A stretch of 64,000 nucleotides of DNA from Rubripirellula sp. (GTDB lineage Bacteria > Planctomycetota > Planctomycetia > Pirellulales > Pirellulaceae): assembly GCA_965216875.1 (NCBI GenBank), contig OZ244207.1, forward strand, positions 2,112,001 through 2,176,000, written 5' to 3'. The notes beneath the pieces are model-generated. The model worked only from the letters and a program-made list of their open reading frames with translations. It did no database searches and had not been told where the DNA came from. Shown here one piece after another: positions 1 through 12,100 of this stretch. The first letter of the stretch is position 1; each line of letters starts with the position of its first letter. The translations under genes were made by a program, and so were the position numbers.

Positions 1-239
1 CCGAGATTGGTGGCGTTGCAGTCGCAATGAACCAGCCCAAGACCGTCGTCTATGTCATCAAACCCGTCGGCTTCGAACCCTCGTTTGAAGAGTTGCAAAC
101 ACGATTCAAACAGCCAACCGATCGCATGATGGCCGCTTTCTTTGGTGGCAACGACGGCGACGCAATAGTCCAGGGATTCTACGAATCGGTTGACGATCGT
201 TCGAAGTTCCAAACCGCTCTCGACGAAAGCGGAAACTGA
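1..239 (+). CDS. hypothetical protein, 3' end only (5'-truncated by window edge)
   Basis: Frame of ORF 27..239 stays open upstream to the window start (EIGGVAVAMNQPK...); ends in TGA just before an intergenic repeat region. Confidence 0.6.
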   Translation, partial: EIGGVAVAMNQPKTVVYVIKPVGFEPSFEELQTRFKQPTDRMMAAFFGGNDGDAIVQGFYESVDDRSKFQTALDESGN

Positions 240-294
240 GTCGATTGATCCAGTTTGAAGTAGCAAACGCTACTTTGAAGCATCGTTATCGAAT

Positions 295-393
295 CACCCT
301 CCCTCCGGGAGGGTTTCGAGAAACGAGGGGGTTCACAACTGCATCGGAACCTCCCCGGGCTTTAGCGCCCGACCCTCCTTAGAAAGGAGGGTG
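295..393. repeat. REPIN-like paired palindrome (CACCCTCCCTCCGGGAGGGT...ACCCTCCTTAGAAAGGAGGGTG)
   Basis: Two short GC hairpins in inverted orientation; the first 20 nt recur exactly at 54675-54694. Confidence 0.7.
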
Positions 394-409
394 TTTTCTC
401 CCGTCCCTC

Positions 410-518
410 CCTCGTTCCCACGGTCTCCGTGGGAACGCACTCTTCGGACGCTCCGCGTCCCGTTCACTCGTCGGACACACACTCGATCGCGAGGCCTGAC
501 GCGAGCGCGTTCAGCTCA
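410..518. repeat. composite intergenic repeat, copy 1 (51-nt GTTCCCACGG/CCGTGGGAAC hairpin element plus a GGCC..GCTCA REP-like element)
   Basis: 410-460 matches 1668-1718 with one mismatch; 483-518 closely matches 1754-1789. Confidence 0.85.
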
Positions 519-653
519 CAGGGCGGACACGATGATCCGGGTGAGACCTTCGCCAGGGGCTAACGTTGGTTTTGTCATTCCTTTACGATCATGCCTTCGG
601 ATCGACACGATTGATCCACGTCACGCAACGCAGACCAGTGTGAGCATGCATCG

Positions 654-1646
654 ATGAAGGCAGCATTTATTGAGCGAACCGGCGGGCCAGAGGTCATTCA
701 ATTTGGCGAGCTGCCTGATCCGCAGTTGGCGGACGGTCAAGTTCGGATTCGAGTGCACGCCGTCTCGGTGAACCCGATCGACACCTATGTGCGCGGCGGT
801 GCTGTCTCATTTGAAACCCCCAAACCGTTCATACCTGGCTGTGATGCGGCCGGCGTAATTGAAGACGTCGCCGACGGGGTGACGCGATGGAAGCCGGGTG
901 ATCGCGTTTGGTGCACCAACCAGGGATTGCTTGGGCGTCAGGGCACGTTTGCCGAACAAATCTGCATCGATTCGGATTGGTGTTTTCCCTTGCCTGACGA
1001 GGTCGCCTTCGAAGACGCTGCTTCCATCGCACTCGTTGGCGTCACCGCTCACCTTGGCCTTTTCCGCGAAGCCGATTTGCAACCTGGCGAGTCGATCTTG
1101 GTCATCGGTGGCACAGGGGGTGTTGGATCCATGGTTGTGCAGATGGCGCGGGCCAAAGGGGCTCGCGTGATCGCAACGGCGGGCAGCGACGAAAAGTGTC
1201 AGCGGGCGATCGAGCTAGGGGCCGATGAGGCGATCAACTACAAGAATGAGTCGATTGCCGAAGCCGTCGTCGAAAAGGCTCCCAAGGGTGTGAACGTCTT
1301 TTGGGAAACGCGCCGCGAACCTGATTTCGAAACGGCCGTCGAAGTCTTGTCCGAACGCGGGCGAATGGTTTTGATGGCCGGCCGCGATGCGCGACCGGAG
1401 TTTCCAGTTGGCCCCTTTTATGTCAAAGAATGCTCCCTGCATGGCTTTGTCATGTTCAAGGCGAGTCCTGTAGAGATGCGGACAGCTGCCGAGGACATCA
1501 ATCGATGGTTGGCCAGCGGAAAGCTGAAGGCGAACACGGCGACAACGCTGCCATTGGACCAAGCCGCCGAAGCGCATCGCTTGCAAGAAGCGGCGACGTT
1601 GCAATGCGAAGGCTCGCTCGCTGGCAAGATCGTATTGACCGTCTAG
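654..1646 (+). CDS. qor: NADPH:quinone reductase (zeta-crystallin/MDR family)
   Basis: MKAAFI..GGPEV start, VNPIDTY, PGCDAAG, GGTGGVG nucleotide-binding motif, GKIVL end; 330 aa; no Zn-ligand cysteine cluster. Confidence 0.85.
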   Translation: MKAAFIERTGGPEVIQFGELPDPQLADGQVRIRVHAVSVNPIDTYVRGGAVSFETPKPFIPGCDAAGVIEDVADGVTRWKPGDRVWCTNQGLLGRQGTFAEQICIDSDWCFPLPDEVAFEDAASIALVGVTAHLGLFREADLQPGESILVIGGTGGVGSMVVQMARAKGARVIATAGSDEKCQRAIELGADEAINYKNESIAEAVVEKAPKGVNVFWETRREPDFETAVEVLSERGRMVLMAGRDARPEFPVGPFYVKECSLHGFVMFKASPVEMRTAAEDINRWLASGKLKANTATTLPLDQAAEAHRLQEAATLQCEGSLAGKIVLTV

Positions 1647-1667
1647 TGATCCCGTTTGGCTCACCTT

Positions 1668-1789
1668 CCTCGTTCCCACGGTCCCCGTGGGAACGCACTC
1701 TTCGGACGCTCCGCGTCCTGAGCACTACGGGGATCATTTGGCGGTTTGTACATTCGATCGTGAGGCCCGACGCTAGCGCGTTCGGCTCA
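1668..1789. repeat. composite intergenic repeat, copy 2
   Basis: Direct repeat of the two elements at 410-518; lies between the convergent qor and anti-sigma genes. Confidence 0.85.
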
Positions 1790-1792
1790 GTT

Positions 1793-3205
1793 TTATTTCG
1801 ACTCTCGGCGACGGTTCTTGTCGCCGCCGCCCCAGGGCGATCTCGGGCGTGTGATCTCGTCGAGCATGCGACCAGGCGGCGAAAGATCAAGAGTTTCGCG
1901 ATCGTCGTCTGGCAATTCGGTGTAACGCTCCAGCAGCGTCGAATCGTCTTTCCAAACGGGCATTTTTCGACGGACCGATTCCTCGGCCCAGTTGCGAAGC
2001 ACCAAGTCCTCGACGATCTCGTCGCCTCCAGCAACGACGTCAAGCATGTCGACGGCACTGTTGGGCAAGACCAGGCGGATCATTTCCATTTCGTCGGCAT
2101 CGAGACCGCGTGAATGCTCGATGAAACTTGGTGGTCGCGGTCCACGCCCACGCCCGCCTCGTCGCATCGCGTCGCCCAACAGAATCATTCCAACCTTGAT
2201 TGGTTCGCTGTCGCGACCACCCGAAATCTGCTCGGCGAACTTGACCATCTTTTGCATCGATTCATCACCGTCGCTGAGACGTTGACGCAAGATCCGCCGC
2301 AGCACGTAGTAGATTCGTTCAACGGTTTCCTCATCGATTTGGCTACGCGATCGCTTTGCGGTTTCGTTTTGAACCAACTCGATCCCTTTGTCGATCGCTT
2401 CACGGCGAGTAGGGCCGTCATCCGATTCGATCTCGTCGCGGAGCTGCGGCGGGAGCTGTTCCCGCCAGACCGCGTAGGCCTTCATGGTTTCGAGCAGCAT
2501 ATCGGCGTCGGCTTGCAACTGAACAGCGCTCGCTGTCTTTCGCAATTCCGCGATCTGTTCGGGCTTGAGTCGTGAAAAACGTTCCCAGCGAGAATAGAGG
2601 ACGCTGCGATTGGCGTGTTCGAGTGACTCCAGCGAAGCTTGCCGCTCTTGAACGGGAGTGTTTGCGATTCTTGACGGTTGAACCGCACCAAAGACACCCA
2701 CTTCACTGGCTGCTTCGACCATGTTTGCCCATGCCGTATCCGACGCGAGCGAACGCATGAGTTTGAGGTCTTTCCCGTAAAGATAGGCGTCCAAGTTTTC
2801 TGCGACGACAAGATCTTCGAGCTGTTGTCGATATTGGCGATCCCGCTGATTCTTGACGTAGAACGCGGCCCCGGCGGCAAAGAATAGGCACGCGATCACG
2901 GTCAGCAAGGGCATGCGATAACGGCCCTTGGAGTCCTGTTTGGCGGGAGCCTGTTTGATCACGTCCGCGACGACGAGCTCGAGTGTCGATTCAACGAGCT
3001 TCTCATTTGGCGTCGCGTCAGGCAGTTTATCGAGCCAATCCCAACCTTCCTGCAGACGCTGCAATCGCTCGTTGAGCTCTTCGTCGTCGAGCAGGCGATT
3101 CATCAACTCGCTCTCTTCGCGAGCACTCAGTTCGCCATCGAGGTAAGCGACAAGCAGCTCATCATCTGGATCGATAGGCGTTTGATCGGAAAGTGTCACG
3201 CTCAT
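1793..3205 (-). CDS. membrane-anchored anti-sigma factor-like protein
   Basis: N-terminal LLVAYLDGELS anti-sigma-type helix, one TM segment near aa 100-117, long C-terminal helical region; ATG overlaps the ECF stop (ATGA). Confidence 0.75.
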   Translation of the reverse strand: MSVTLSDQTPIDPDDELLVAYLDGELSAREESELMNRLLDDEELNERLQRLQEGWDWLDKLPDATPNEKLVESTLELVVADVIKQAPAKQDSKGRYRMPLLTVIACLFFAAGAAFYVKNQRDRQYRQQLEDLVVAENLDAYLYGKDLKLMRSLASDTAWANMVEAASEVGVFGAVQPSRIANTPVQERQASLESLEHANRSVLYSRWERFSRLKPEQIAELRKTASAVQLQADADMLLETMKAYAVWREQLPPQLRDEIESDDGPTRREAIDKGIELVQNETAKRSRSQIDEETVERIYYVLRRILRQRLSDGDESMQKMVKFAEQISGGRDSEPIKVGMILLGDAMRRGGRGRGPRPPSFIEHSRGLDADEMEMIRLVLPNSAVDMLDVVAGGDEIVEDLVLRNWAEESVRRKMPVWKDDSTLLERYTELPDDDRETLDLSPPGRMLDEITRPRSPWGGGDKNRRRESK

Positions 3206-3858
3206 GGTTCGACCTCCCGAGGAATCAGGCCCGAATCGATGTACGGCTGCAGGATCTCGCGGAGGTTGACGCGTGCCCGACTTAAGAGCGATTTGACCGC
3301 CTTGGTCGTCAAATCCATTGTTTCAGCGATCTCGGCGTAACTCATGTTCTCGAAGCGAGACAGCATCAACGCCATTCGCTGCCTTTCACTTAATGCCGAG
3401 ACGGCGGCGCGAACAATTTCTGCACGCTCGACCCCTTCCGCAAGTCGCGTTGGCATCAAGCCGCTCGCTTCCAATGCGGTTGCAGCCAGCAGTTGCGGTT
3501 CGCTTGGCGAATCACCATGTCGCGGCGCGTCGACTTCATTCACCTCGTGTCGTCGCCCAAGCGAACGAGCGGCGTTGCGTGCGACGTTGCCGGCAATGGT
3601 GAACAGCCAGGTCGAGAATTTGGCTCCTGGTTCGTACCGCTGACGAGCTCGATAGACTCGCATAAAGGTCTCTTGCACCAAGTCCTCGGCCATATCCTGT
3701 CGAGGTCCAATCGTCGACATCAGTCGAACAAGTCTCGGCTGATAGCGGCGAACCAATTCCTCGTACGCCCCCATGTCATCCTCTCGCACGCGCAGCATCA
3801 AACGAACGTCCGGGTCGGACTGTTGGTAACGCATTGCGGTTGATTCACTGACGGCCAA
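3202..3858 (-). CDS. ECF RNA polymerase sigma-70 factor
   Basis: Region 2 AEDLVQETFMRVY...FSTWLFTIA; region 4 LSERQRMAL...SYAEIAETM...VKSLLSRAR. Start uncertain (TTG 3858 or ATG 3834). Confidence 0.92.
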   Translation of the reverse strand: MAVSESTAMRYQQSDPDVRLMLRVREDDMGAYEELVRRYQPRLVRLMSTIGPRQDMAEDLVQETFMRVYRARQRYEPGAKFSTWLFTIAGNVARNAARSLGRRHEVNEVDAPRHGDSPSEPQLLAATALEASGLMPTRLAEGVERAEIVRAAVSALSERQRMALMLSRFENMSYAEIAETMDLTTKAVKSLLSRARVNLREILQPYIDSGLIPREVEP

Positions 3859-3989
3859 GCAAGTCTCTCGTGGGGGGACAATGGTGCGACAGAATACGAA
3901 CCACAACCAGTTTACTCTTTTGAAACCTTTGCCAAGACCAAAGGTTTCGCACAGGACGCCCGTGAAGGAGGCGACGAGAACGAAAATGC

Positions 3990-6116
3990 CTATCTTGCGG
4001 CTCTTTCAGGCATCAGCACACCGTAAATCTCGATCGTTTTCCCCTCAGCGTCGAAAATCGGTTGTCCGCGAACCAGCAACGACTTGTAATTGCCTCTGGC
4101 CCCTTTTTGCCGAACGCGGACCTCGTAGGCTGCACCTGAGCTGAGAGCGTTGTCGATGGTGGTCTTCAGTTTGGGGCGGTCCTCGGGATGGATCAGCTCC
4201 ATGAATTCTTCGGGAGTGGGCGGTCCTTGCTCAGGATCGCGATCGGCAAGCAGAAACGCCTCTTCACTCCAACTCACACTCTCGGTCCGCACGTCGTACG
4301 ACCAGGTCGCCAATCCTGCCAGACTTTGCAAGTCACGCAAACGCTGACGGCTCTGATGGAGCTCTGTTTCAGCCTTTTTGCGCTGGGAGATGTCGCGGAT
4401 CGTCGACACGAGCATGTCCTCACCGCGAACATCCACCACTCGTCCACTGATCAAGACGTCGATCGCATGTCCGTCGGTGTGCAAGAACCTCGCTTCGAAG
4501 TTGTCAATTGCTCCGGTTTCTTGAAGCTCTTGGATCATCAGGTTGCGGCGTTCCGGACATGCCCACAGATTCAGCTCCGAGATTTTTCGCCCGGCAACCT
4601 CTTTGGCATCGTAACCAAAAAGCTGTTCGTACATTCGGTTGGCTTCGACAACGATCCCCGTCGTCATTTGGATCAGAAGGCCCGCCTCTGGCGATTGCGT
4701 AAACAGAGCGGAGTACTTCGACGCCTGGCGATGACCCGAATCGCGTTTGTCTCGTTTGACACGCACATCTGCGGCAGCGTCGCTCTCGCCCAAGCCGGCT
4801 GCTTCGTAAATCGAAAGAGCCAAATCCAAGTCGCCACGGCTGGCTGCGGATTCAGCGAACTTCTCTTGCAGCTTTGTGCGAGCGAGGAGCGCGCGTTCGT
4901 TTTCTGGCCAAACCTCAATCGCTTCACTGAGAAGTGCGTCGGCGATGCGAAAGTCTTCGTAGTGATTGTCGGCCGTGGCGGCGGTCATCCGTTTGCACGC
5001 TCGGCGCACCAAGCGTCCACTTTGGTCATGTTGTCGTTGATGTTCGAGCGCATCGATCATCGCCTCGACACTTTCGTATCGATCCTCGGGATGGGTCGCC
5101 ATTGCCTTGACGGCGATGTCCATCAACTCACCCTCAACATCCGTTTCGCGTATCTCGTTGCGCGCGGCAGCGCGAATGCAGGCGAGCAAACTTGTGCCGC
5201 TGTGTGGCGGGTGTCCGGTCAGAACTTGAAACAGGATTGCGCCCAGTAAATAGACGTCCGTCTGGTAGGTGATGTGACCGCTGGTTGCGAGTTCCGGTGC
5301 CATGTACGCCGGCGTGCCGCCAATCGAGTGATGGACCTCTTCGCTCGATTCCGCTTCGCTGTGACTGATCGCAAGTCCCCAGTCCGCGAGCAAAACTTCG
5401 CCGAATTTGCCGAGCATGATGTTCTCGGGCTTGATGTCGCGATGAATCAACCCGCGTGAATGGGCATAACGAATCGCATCGGCCACGCGCAACAGTGTGT
5501 TGACGTTCTCGGATTCACTCATCTCCGCGATTCGTTGGTCCCAGCTCGTTCCATCGATTCGTTTCATCGAATAGAACAAACCGCCTGCTTCGTCGACACA
5601 AACTTCGTGAAGTGCGATGACGTTGGGATGATCGAGACCACCGATTACCCGTGCCTCGGTCAGGAAGCGATCGCGGGAGATTTGGTTTTGGGCGAGTTCG
5701 TTCCTTAACACCTTCAACGCCACTTCGCGATCGATCGCGCGTTGGTGAGCTTGGTAAACCACGCCGGTACCGCCACTTCCGAGTCGTCCGATCAGGCGAT
5801 AGTCGACTTCGTCCTGGCGCCCCTCTCCCAACATCGACACCGAACGTTTGGGAACGAATCCGGCGTCATTGTGGTTGGGAATGAACTCGTGCAGCAATTC
5901 CGGCGGAATCTCGATCGTTTCCGCGTCGTCCGGCTGGTTCGATTCGCTTTTCCAATCAGGGTGCGCAAATCGGTCCGTGCCATCGGCTGAGAGCGCGATG
6001 GTTTTTTCGTCGGGCGGCATCTCGCCGAGTCGACGTCTGAGTTGAGGGTCGTTCAAGACCGCCTGCAACAATCCCCCGGCTGGCTCGACACCGTCATCTG
6101 TTTCGTCGTGCGTCAT
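3990..6116 (-). CDS. Hanks-type Ser/Thr protein kinase with two C-terminal PAS domains
   Basis: LGSGGTGVVY, VALK, HRDIKPEN, DWG, GTPAYMAPE, DVYLLG; then PAS (EANRMYEQLFGY..IRDISQRK) and PAS_3-like (WSEE..IHPEDR). Confidence 0.9.
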   Translation of the reverse strand: MTHDETDDGVEPAGGLLQAVLNDPQLRRRLGEMPPDEKTIALSADGTDRFAHPDWKSESNQPDDAETIEIPPELLHEFIPNHNDAGFVPKRSVSMLGEGRQDEVDYRLIGRLGSGGTGVVYQAHQRAIDREVALKVLRNELAQNQISRDRFLTEARVIGGLDHPNVIALHEVCVDEAGGLFYSMKRIDGTSWDQRIAEMSESENVNTLLRVADAIRYAHSRGLIHRDIKPENIMLGKFGEVLLADWGLAISHSEAESSEEVHHSIGGTPAYMAPELATSGHITYQTDVYLLGAILFQVLTGHPPHSGTSLLACIRAAARNEIRETDVEGELMDIAVKAMATHPEDRYESVEAMIDALEHQRQHDQSGRLVRRACKRMTAATADNHYEDFRIADALLSEAIEVWPENERALLARTKLQEKFAESAASRGDLDLALSIYEAAGLGESDAAADVRVKRDKRDSGHRQASKYSALFTQSPEAGLLIQMTTGIVVEANRMYEQLFGYDAKEVAGRKISELNLWACPERRNLMIQELQETGAIDNFEARFLHTDGHAIDVLISGRVVDVRGEDMLVSTIRDISQRKKAETELHQSRQRLRDLQSLAGLATWSYDVRTESVSWSEEAFLLADRDPEQGPPTPEEFMELIHPEDRPKLKTTIDNALSSGAAYEVRVRQKGARGNYKSLLVRGQPIFDAEGKTIEIYGVLMPERAAR

Positions 6117-6149
6117 CTGTTTGCGACAATGCGATTGTCGATCTTTGCG

Positions 6150-9100
6150 TTACGGCTTGACCGCTTTTTCGTAGTGGTTCTTCAAGAAGGAACGGAGTTT
6201 TCTAGATCGGACGTGTTTGGCTTCCGTCAGGTTCAGCGTCACTCGTGCTCTGCGACTGTCAGTCAAGTCGACGGTGCTACCGAGATCAAGGGAGTTAAGT
6301 GATTCGAGGTCGACCGCTTCCGGCGGACCTGCCAAAGTGACCTTCAACGATTCAGGGACCTTGGTCTGCACCTCAGCCCACGGTCCATCAACATTTTCCG
6401 GGCAAACATCGACTTGATCTGGCGACTCGAACGCGAGCGAACCATCGCCGGCAAACTTTTCCAAGACATTCAACACCTGATCGGCGATTTCGAGCGGCCA
6501 ATCAGGCTGAGTGTTATCTGGAAAACCTTTACCTAGAGAATGCCAACGCCGGCCCAAAGCCCGCCAGGGGCCATTGGGAGATTTCGTCTTGCCTGCGCTT
6601 TTCTTGGCCGTGTGCGGGGCATCCAAGATAAGTTGGACATCGGATGCGGACGTTTCGGCTTGCGAGTGAGGCTTGTTTGAAGTCTTCGCCGAGCGTTGGC
6701 TGGACTTCTTCTTTGATCCTGGCTCTATGTCAGATGTTTTTCGAGCCGCTTTCTTCGGCTTGGCTTTGGCGGAAGCGTCCAGAGCTTCCGCGACGAAGGC
6801 TGCGGTCGAGGACACGGGGGGAGCGTTCTTCTTTCGCCTACCGCCCTTTGCCGTTGCCGCAAGGTCTTCGGGCGATCCAGTAAAGACAACCGTTCCGCCC
6901 TCGGCGCCCGCGCCTGGTCCCATGTCGATGATCCAGTCGGCACACTTGATGACGTCCAAGTTGTGTTCGATGGTAATGACCGTGTTCCCGCGATCGACAA
7001 GCTGTTGAATAACGGTCAGCAGTTTGGCGATGTCATCGAAATGCAATCCCGTTGTTGGCTCATCAAGCAAGTAAAGCGTTCGCCCGGTCTGCGGCCGTGC
7101 AAGTTCCGACGCAAGCTTAACCCGTTGCGCCTCGCCGCCCGAAAGCGTCGGCGCGGCTTGTCCGAGAGTGATGTAGTCGAGACCGACATCACAAAGAGTT
7201 TGCAAAACACGGGCGATTCGTTCGTGATCGCCAAAATGAACGAGCGCTTCACCGCACGACATTTCCAGAACATCGGCAATACTGCGGCCGTGGTACTTCA
7301 CCTCAAGAACGTCGTCGTTGTAGCGGCGGCCATGACAATCGTCGCAGTCGACCCAGACATCAGGAAGGAAGTGCATCTCGACACAAAGCTGGCCACTGCC
7401 TTCACAGGTTTCACAGCGTCCGCCCGGAACATTGAAACTGAACGTTCGGGCCGAGTAGCGTCGTTCTTTCGATTCAGGAAGCTCTGCAAAGAGTGTCCGG
7501 ACGGGATCGAAAATTCCAGTGTAGGTCGCGGGATTGCTGCTAGGTGAATTGCCGAGTGGTGATTGGTCCACTCGAATGACCTTGTCCAGGTACTTTGAAC
7601 CGAGCAGTTGTTCGTGTTGTCCCGGACGGGTGCGAGCACGATGGAAGCGACGTGCAAGCACCGGATACAGAATGTCGTCGATGAGCGTGCTTTTGCCGCT
7701 TCCTGAAGGTCCTGTGACCGCGGTAAAAACACCAAGCGGAATGTCGACATCGACCGCTCGCAAGTTGTGTTCGCGTGCGCCCTTGATGCTAAGAAAATCA
7801 ACCAGTGAATTGCCACTTGGGGCCATGACGGGACGTCGCGCATTGGGCACTGCAATGGTTTGTTCGCCATTGATGTAGCCGCCCGTGACCGATGTCGCCT
7901 TGGGCTCGATCTTCTTGGGCGGTCCTTGGGCAACGATCCGACCGCCGTTGCGGCCTGCCAAAGGACCAAAATCGTAAAGGTAGTCGCTGCCAGCAATCAC
8001 ATCGCGATCATGCTCGACGACGAGCAGGGTGTTGCCTTGATCACGGAGTCGATGCAACGCCCCGATCAGTCGTTGGTTGTCGCGAGGATGCAGTCCGATC
8101 GTCGGTTCATCAAGAACGTACAGCACGCCGCACAGGCCGCTACCGAGTTGTGCAGCCAACCGAATGCGTTGTGCCTCGCCTCCCGACAACGTCGCGGCGC
8201 CCCGATGCAAGGTGAGGTAATCCAAACCGACGTCGAGAAGGAAGCTGACCCGAGATTTGATTTCGCGTACCAACTCGCCCGCAATCTTGCGTTCCCGCGC
8301 GTCAAGCTTCCAGGCTTTGACCGTTTCGAACAGTCGTACCAACGGCATGTGGACGAGATCACCGATCGTGCGTTCGCGAAACTTAACGGCCGACGAATCA
8401 TCTCGCAAACGCGATCCATCACAACTCGAGCAATCGATTTCGTCCGTGAACATGTCGAGTTTTCCGCGCAAACTGGGCGACAGACGCGCGGCGGCCTCAA
8501 GTGCTGGATAGAACCCCTTGAATTGATAACGAAAGACAACCTTCTTCGATTTCGAGCGGCTACTCGAATCGGCTTCACGGACTTCGATCCATTGATTGCC
8601 CAGCCCACGGAACAAGATGCGACGCTGCGAGATCGGCAACTCGGCCAGAGGGATGTCGATCGGAATGCCTGTATGCCGCGACAACGCTCGTAGCATCCAC
8701 ATCGAGATGTCGACGTTCACATCGGGCCAAAGCAGCGTCGCCCCTTCGGCCAACGTCAATTCGCTGGAGTGAATCAGTGCCGCGGGGTTTGTTCCCGTTT
8801 GCACGCCAAGCCCTTCGCACTGCGGGCACCATCCGACGGCAGAGTTAAAGGTGAAATGGTGTGGAGTAAGGTCAACGAAGGAACGTCCGCAGTCGCCGCA
8901 CACGAGGTGCTGGCTGTGCGTGATCACTTTCCAGTTGGGCTCGTCCAAGTCGGGGTTCGCAATGGCGACCTGCAGCACACCGACCCCAAGTGACAAGGCT
9001 TGTTCCACGCTATCGCCGATTCGCGAACGCTCGGATTCCTTGACTTCGATTCGGTCCACAACCACCTGGACTTCTTGCCGGCGCCGCGGATCGAGCGACG

Positions 9101-12100
9101 GGGCAGCATCAAGCGCGACCGTGGCTCCGTCGATGCGGACGCGTTGGTAGCCGGTGCTTCGCAACGATTGCCACGTGTCCTTCGAGGCTTCGCCGGCGGC
9201 CACTTCAATTGGCGCGAGCAACAACGCTCGCGTGCCCGATTTCATGGCCATGACTTTGTCGACAATATCGTCTGGCGTTTGAGTGCCGACGCTTGTGTGA
9301 CACTCCGGACAATGCATCGTGCCGAGACGCGCCAGCAGAATCCGCAGGTAGTCGTAGATTTCGGTGACCGTTCCCACGGTACTTCGCGGTGAATGACCGA
9401 GGTTCTTTTGCTCGAGCGCGACTGCAGGCGACAGACCATCGATCCGCTCAACTTGCGGCTTCTGAACTTGGCCGATGAATTGTCGGGCGTAGGAAGAAAG
9501 CGATTCGACGTACCGCCGTTGCCCTTCGGCGTAGATGGTATCCATCGCCAACGAACTCTTTCCGCTCCCTGATGGACCGCAAAAAACGGTCATCTGGTCA
9601 CGCGGAATCGATGCGTCGACCGACTTGAGGTTGTGCTCGCGTGCGGCCTCGACGACCACATGCGTGCGTGCTTTAGGGGGCGATTCGAATGTCTTTGTGG
9701 TAGGTGACTTTGCTTTGCGCGCAGCACGGCGTTTGATCCCAAGAGCCTTGGCGATCGCCGCACCTGTAGAACTCTTTGTGCATTTAGCGACCTCGCGCGG
9801 ACGGCCTGCGATCACGATCTCGCCGCCGCCAACACCGCCCTCGGGACCAAGGTCGATGACCCAGTCGGCGGTTTTGATCACATCGACGTTGTGCTCGACG
9901 ATGACGATCGTGTTGCCACGATCAGCCAAGCCATGAATGACTTTGAGAAGCAATTCGATGTCGGCGAAGTGCAAACCGGTGGTCGGTTCGTCAAGAACGT
10001 AAAGCGTCTTGCCTGTTTCGCGTTTCGAAAGCTCACGGGAAAGCTTGATCCGTTGCGCTTCACCACCAGAGAGCGTCGGTGACGGCTGTCCGAGCTTGAG
10101 GTATTCGAGGCCGACGTCGACCAAGGTCTGTAATTTATCGGCAATCTTCGGAATGTTCTCGAAAAGCTTGTGCGCCTGCGAAATGTCGAGGTCCAACACG
10201 TCGGCAATCGAGTGGCCCTTGAATTCAACGGCAAGCGTTTCTCGGTTGTAGCGTTTTCCCTGGCAAACGGGGCATGTCACCCAAATGTCAGCCAGGAAAT
10301 CCATTTCAAGTTTCGATGCGCCGTTGCCGTCGCAAGCGGAACAGCGGCCACCGTCGACATTAAAACTGAAGCGGCTCGCGGTGTACCCGCGCGTTTTGGC
10401 TTCGGGCATCTGTGCGAACAGATTGCGAATCTCGTCAAACACTTTGACATAGGTTGCCGGGTTGCTTCGCGGCGTGCGGCCGATCGGCGACTGGTCGATC
10501 GCGATCGTTTTGTCGAGGTGTTCGAGCCCTTCGATCAAGTCATGCTCGCCCGGTTCACATTCGGCGCCGTTGAGTTCGTTACGCAGCTTCGGTTCAACGA
10601 TTCCACCAATCAGCGAACTCTTGCCACTTCCCGAAACCCCCGTCACACAAGTGACTGTGCCCAACGGAATCGAGACATCGACGTTTTTTAGGTTGTGGAA
10701 GCGCGCGCCGCGGACGGTCAGCATCGTGTCGTCGTTGATCTCGCGCAATTTCTTGGGCGGATCAATGGATCGCTTCCCCGAAAGGAACTGCCCGGTGACA
10801 CTTTTCTTCGATTTGCAAACCGTCTCCAAGTCACCATTGGCCACGATCTGGCCTCCTTTGACTCCCGGACCGGGGCCAAAGTCGACGATCTTGTCGGCCG
10901 CGCGCATCGTGTCTTCATCGTGCTCGACGACGATCAACGTGTTGCCGGAATCTCGCAGTCGCACCAACGTTTCGATCAACCGATCGTTGTCGCGCGGATG
11001 AAGTCCGATCGATGGTTCATCGAGGATGTAGAGGACGCCCACCAAGCCGCTACCAATTTGCCCGGCAAGGCGAATTCGCTGGGATTCGCCTCCGGAAAGT
11101 GTCGGTGCTGTTCGCCCTAGGGTCAGGTAATTCAATCCGACACCGAGCAGGAAACCGATACGAGTTTGAATCTCCTTGAACGCTTCGCCCGCAATCATCG
11201 CGTCCGTTTCGCTGAGTTTGACAGCGCTGAAAAACTCGGCCAACTCGTCAACTGGCAAATTCGACAATTCGGGCAGCGACATCGATGGCTGCTTGAATCC
11301 CTTTGCAGCGGTTGTGATGGTCACCGCGGAAGCTTGCGGGTTCAGGCGGTCGCCATGACAGTCGGGGCAATCGATGGTTGCCATGTGCTTTTCGAGCTGA
11401 CGCAGTTGCATCTTGTTGCGCGTCGTTCGGTATTTGCCTAGCAGCTCGGGAATGAAGCCCTCGAAGGTTCCAGAGTATTTCTTCGCGCGGCGTCCACCAC
11501 GCCACGTAAACTCCATTGCATCTTCGGTACCCCACAACCAAATGTGTTTGCACTCTTCCGACAGATCACACCATTTGCCTTCGAGCATCGTGCCCGGTTC
11601 AAGCTCGAGTGCTTTGTCGATGGCATCGGCAACGCCGCGATAGATATGGCGTCGATAACGCCCCATGTCTCCCCATTTGCCAAGCAACGAGATCGCACCT
11701 TTGCGAACGGAAAGGCGTTCGTTCGGGATCAGCATTTCGGGCACGAAGGTAAACAAGCGTCCGAGTCCATCGCACGCCTCGCACATTCCCTGTGGGCTAT
11801 TGAAGCTGAACAGTTGTGGCGAAGGAGCGGCAAAACTACGCCCACAGGTTCCGCAAGCGTACTTTGACGAGAAGAGTAGGTCGTCACTCGACGAAGTCGT
11901 TCGTTTTGACTTGCCTTTTCCTTTTGACTTCGTCGTCGCCTCGGCCGGCTTTCCTGCCTGTTGGTCATTCGGTCCCGAGAGGGCAACCATCAGCGACGCA
12001 TCACCAAGTTTCAGTGCAACGTCGACCGCTTCCGAGATGGAACTGCGCTCTCGATCGTCGGGGTGAACTCTTGCAACAACGACTTCGATGTTGTGTCGAT

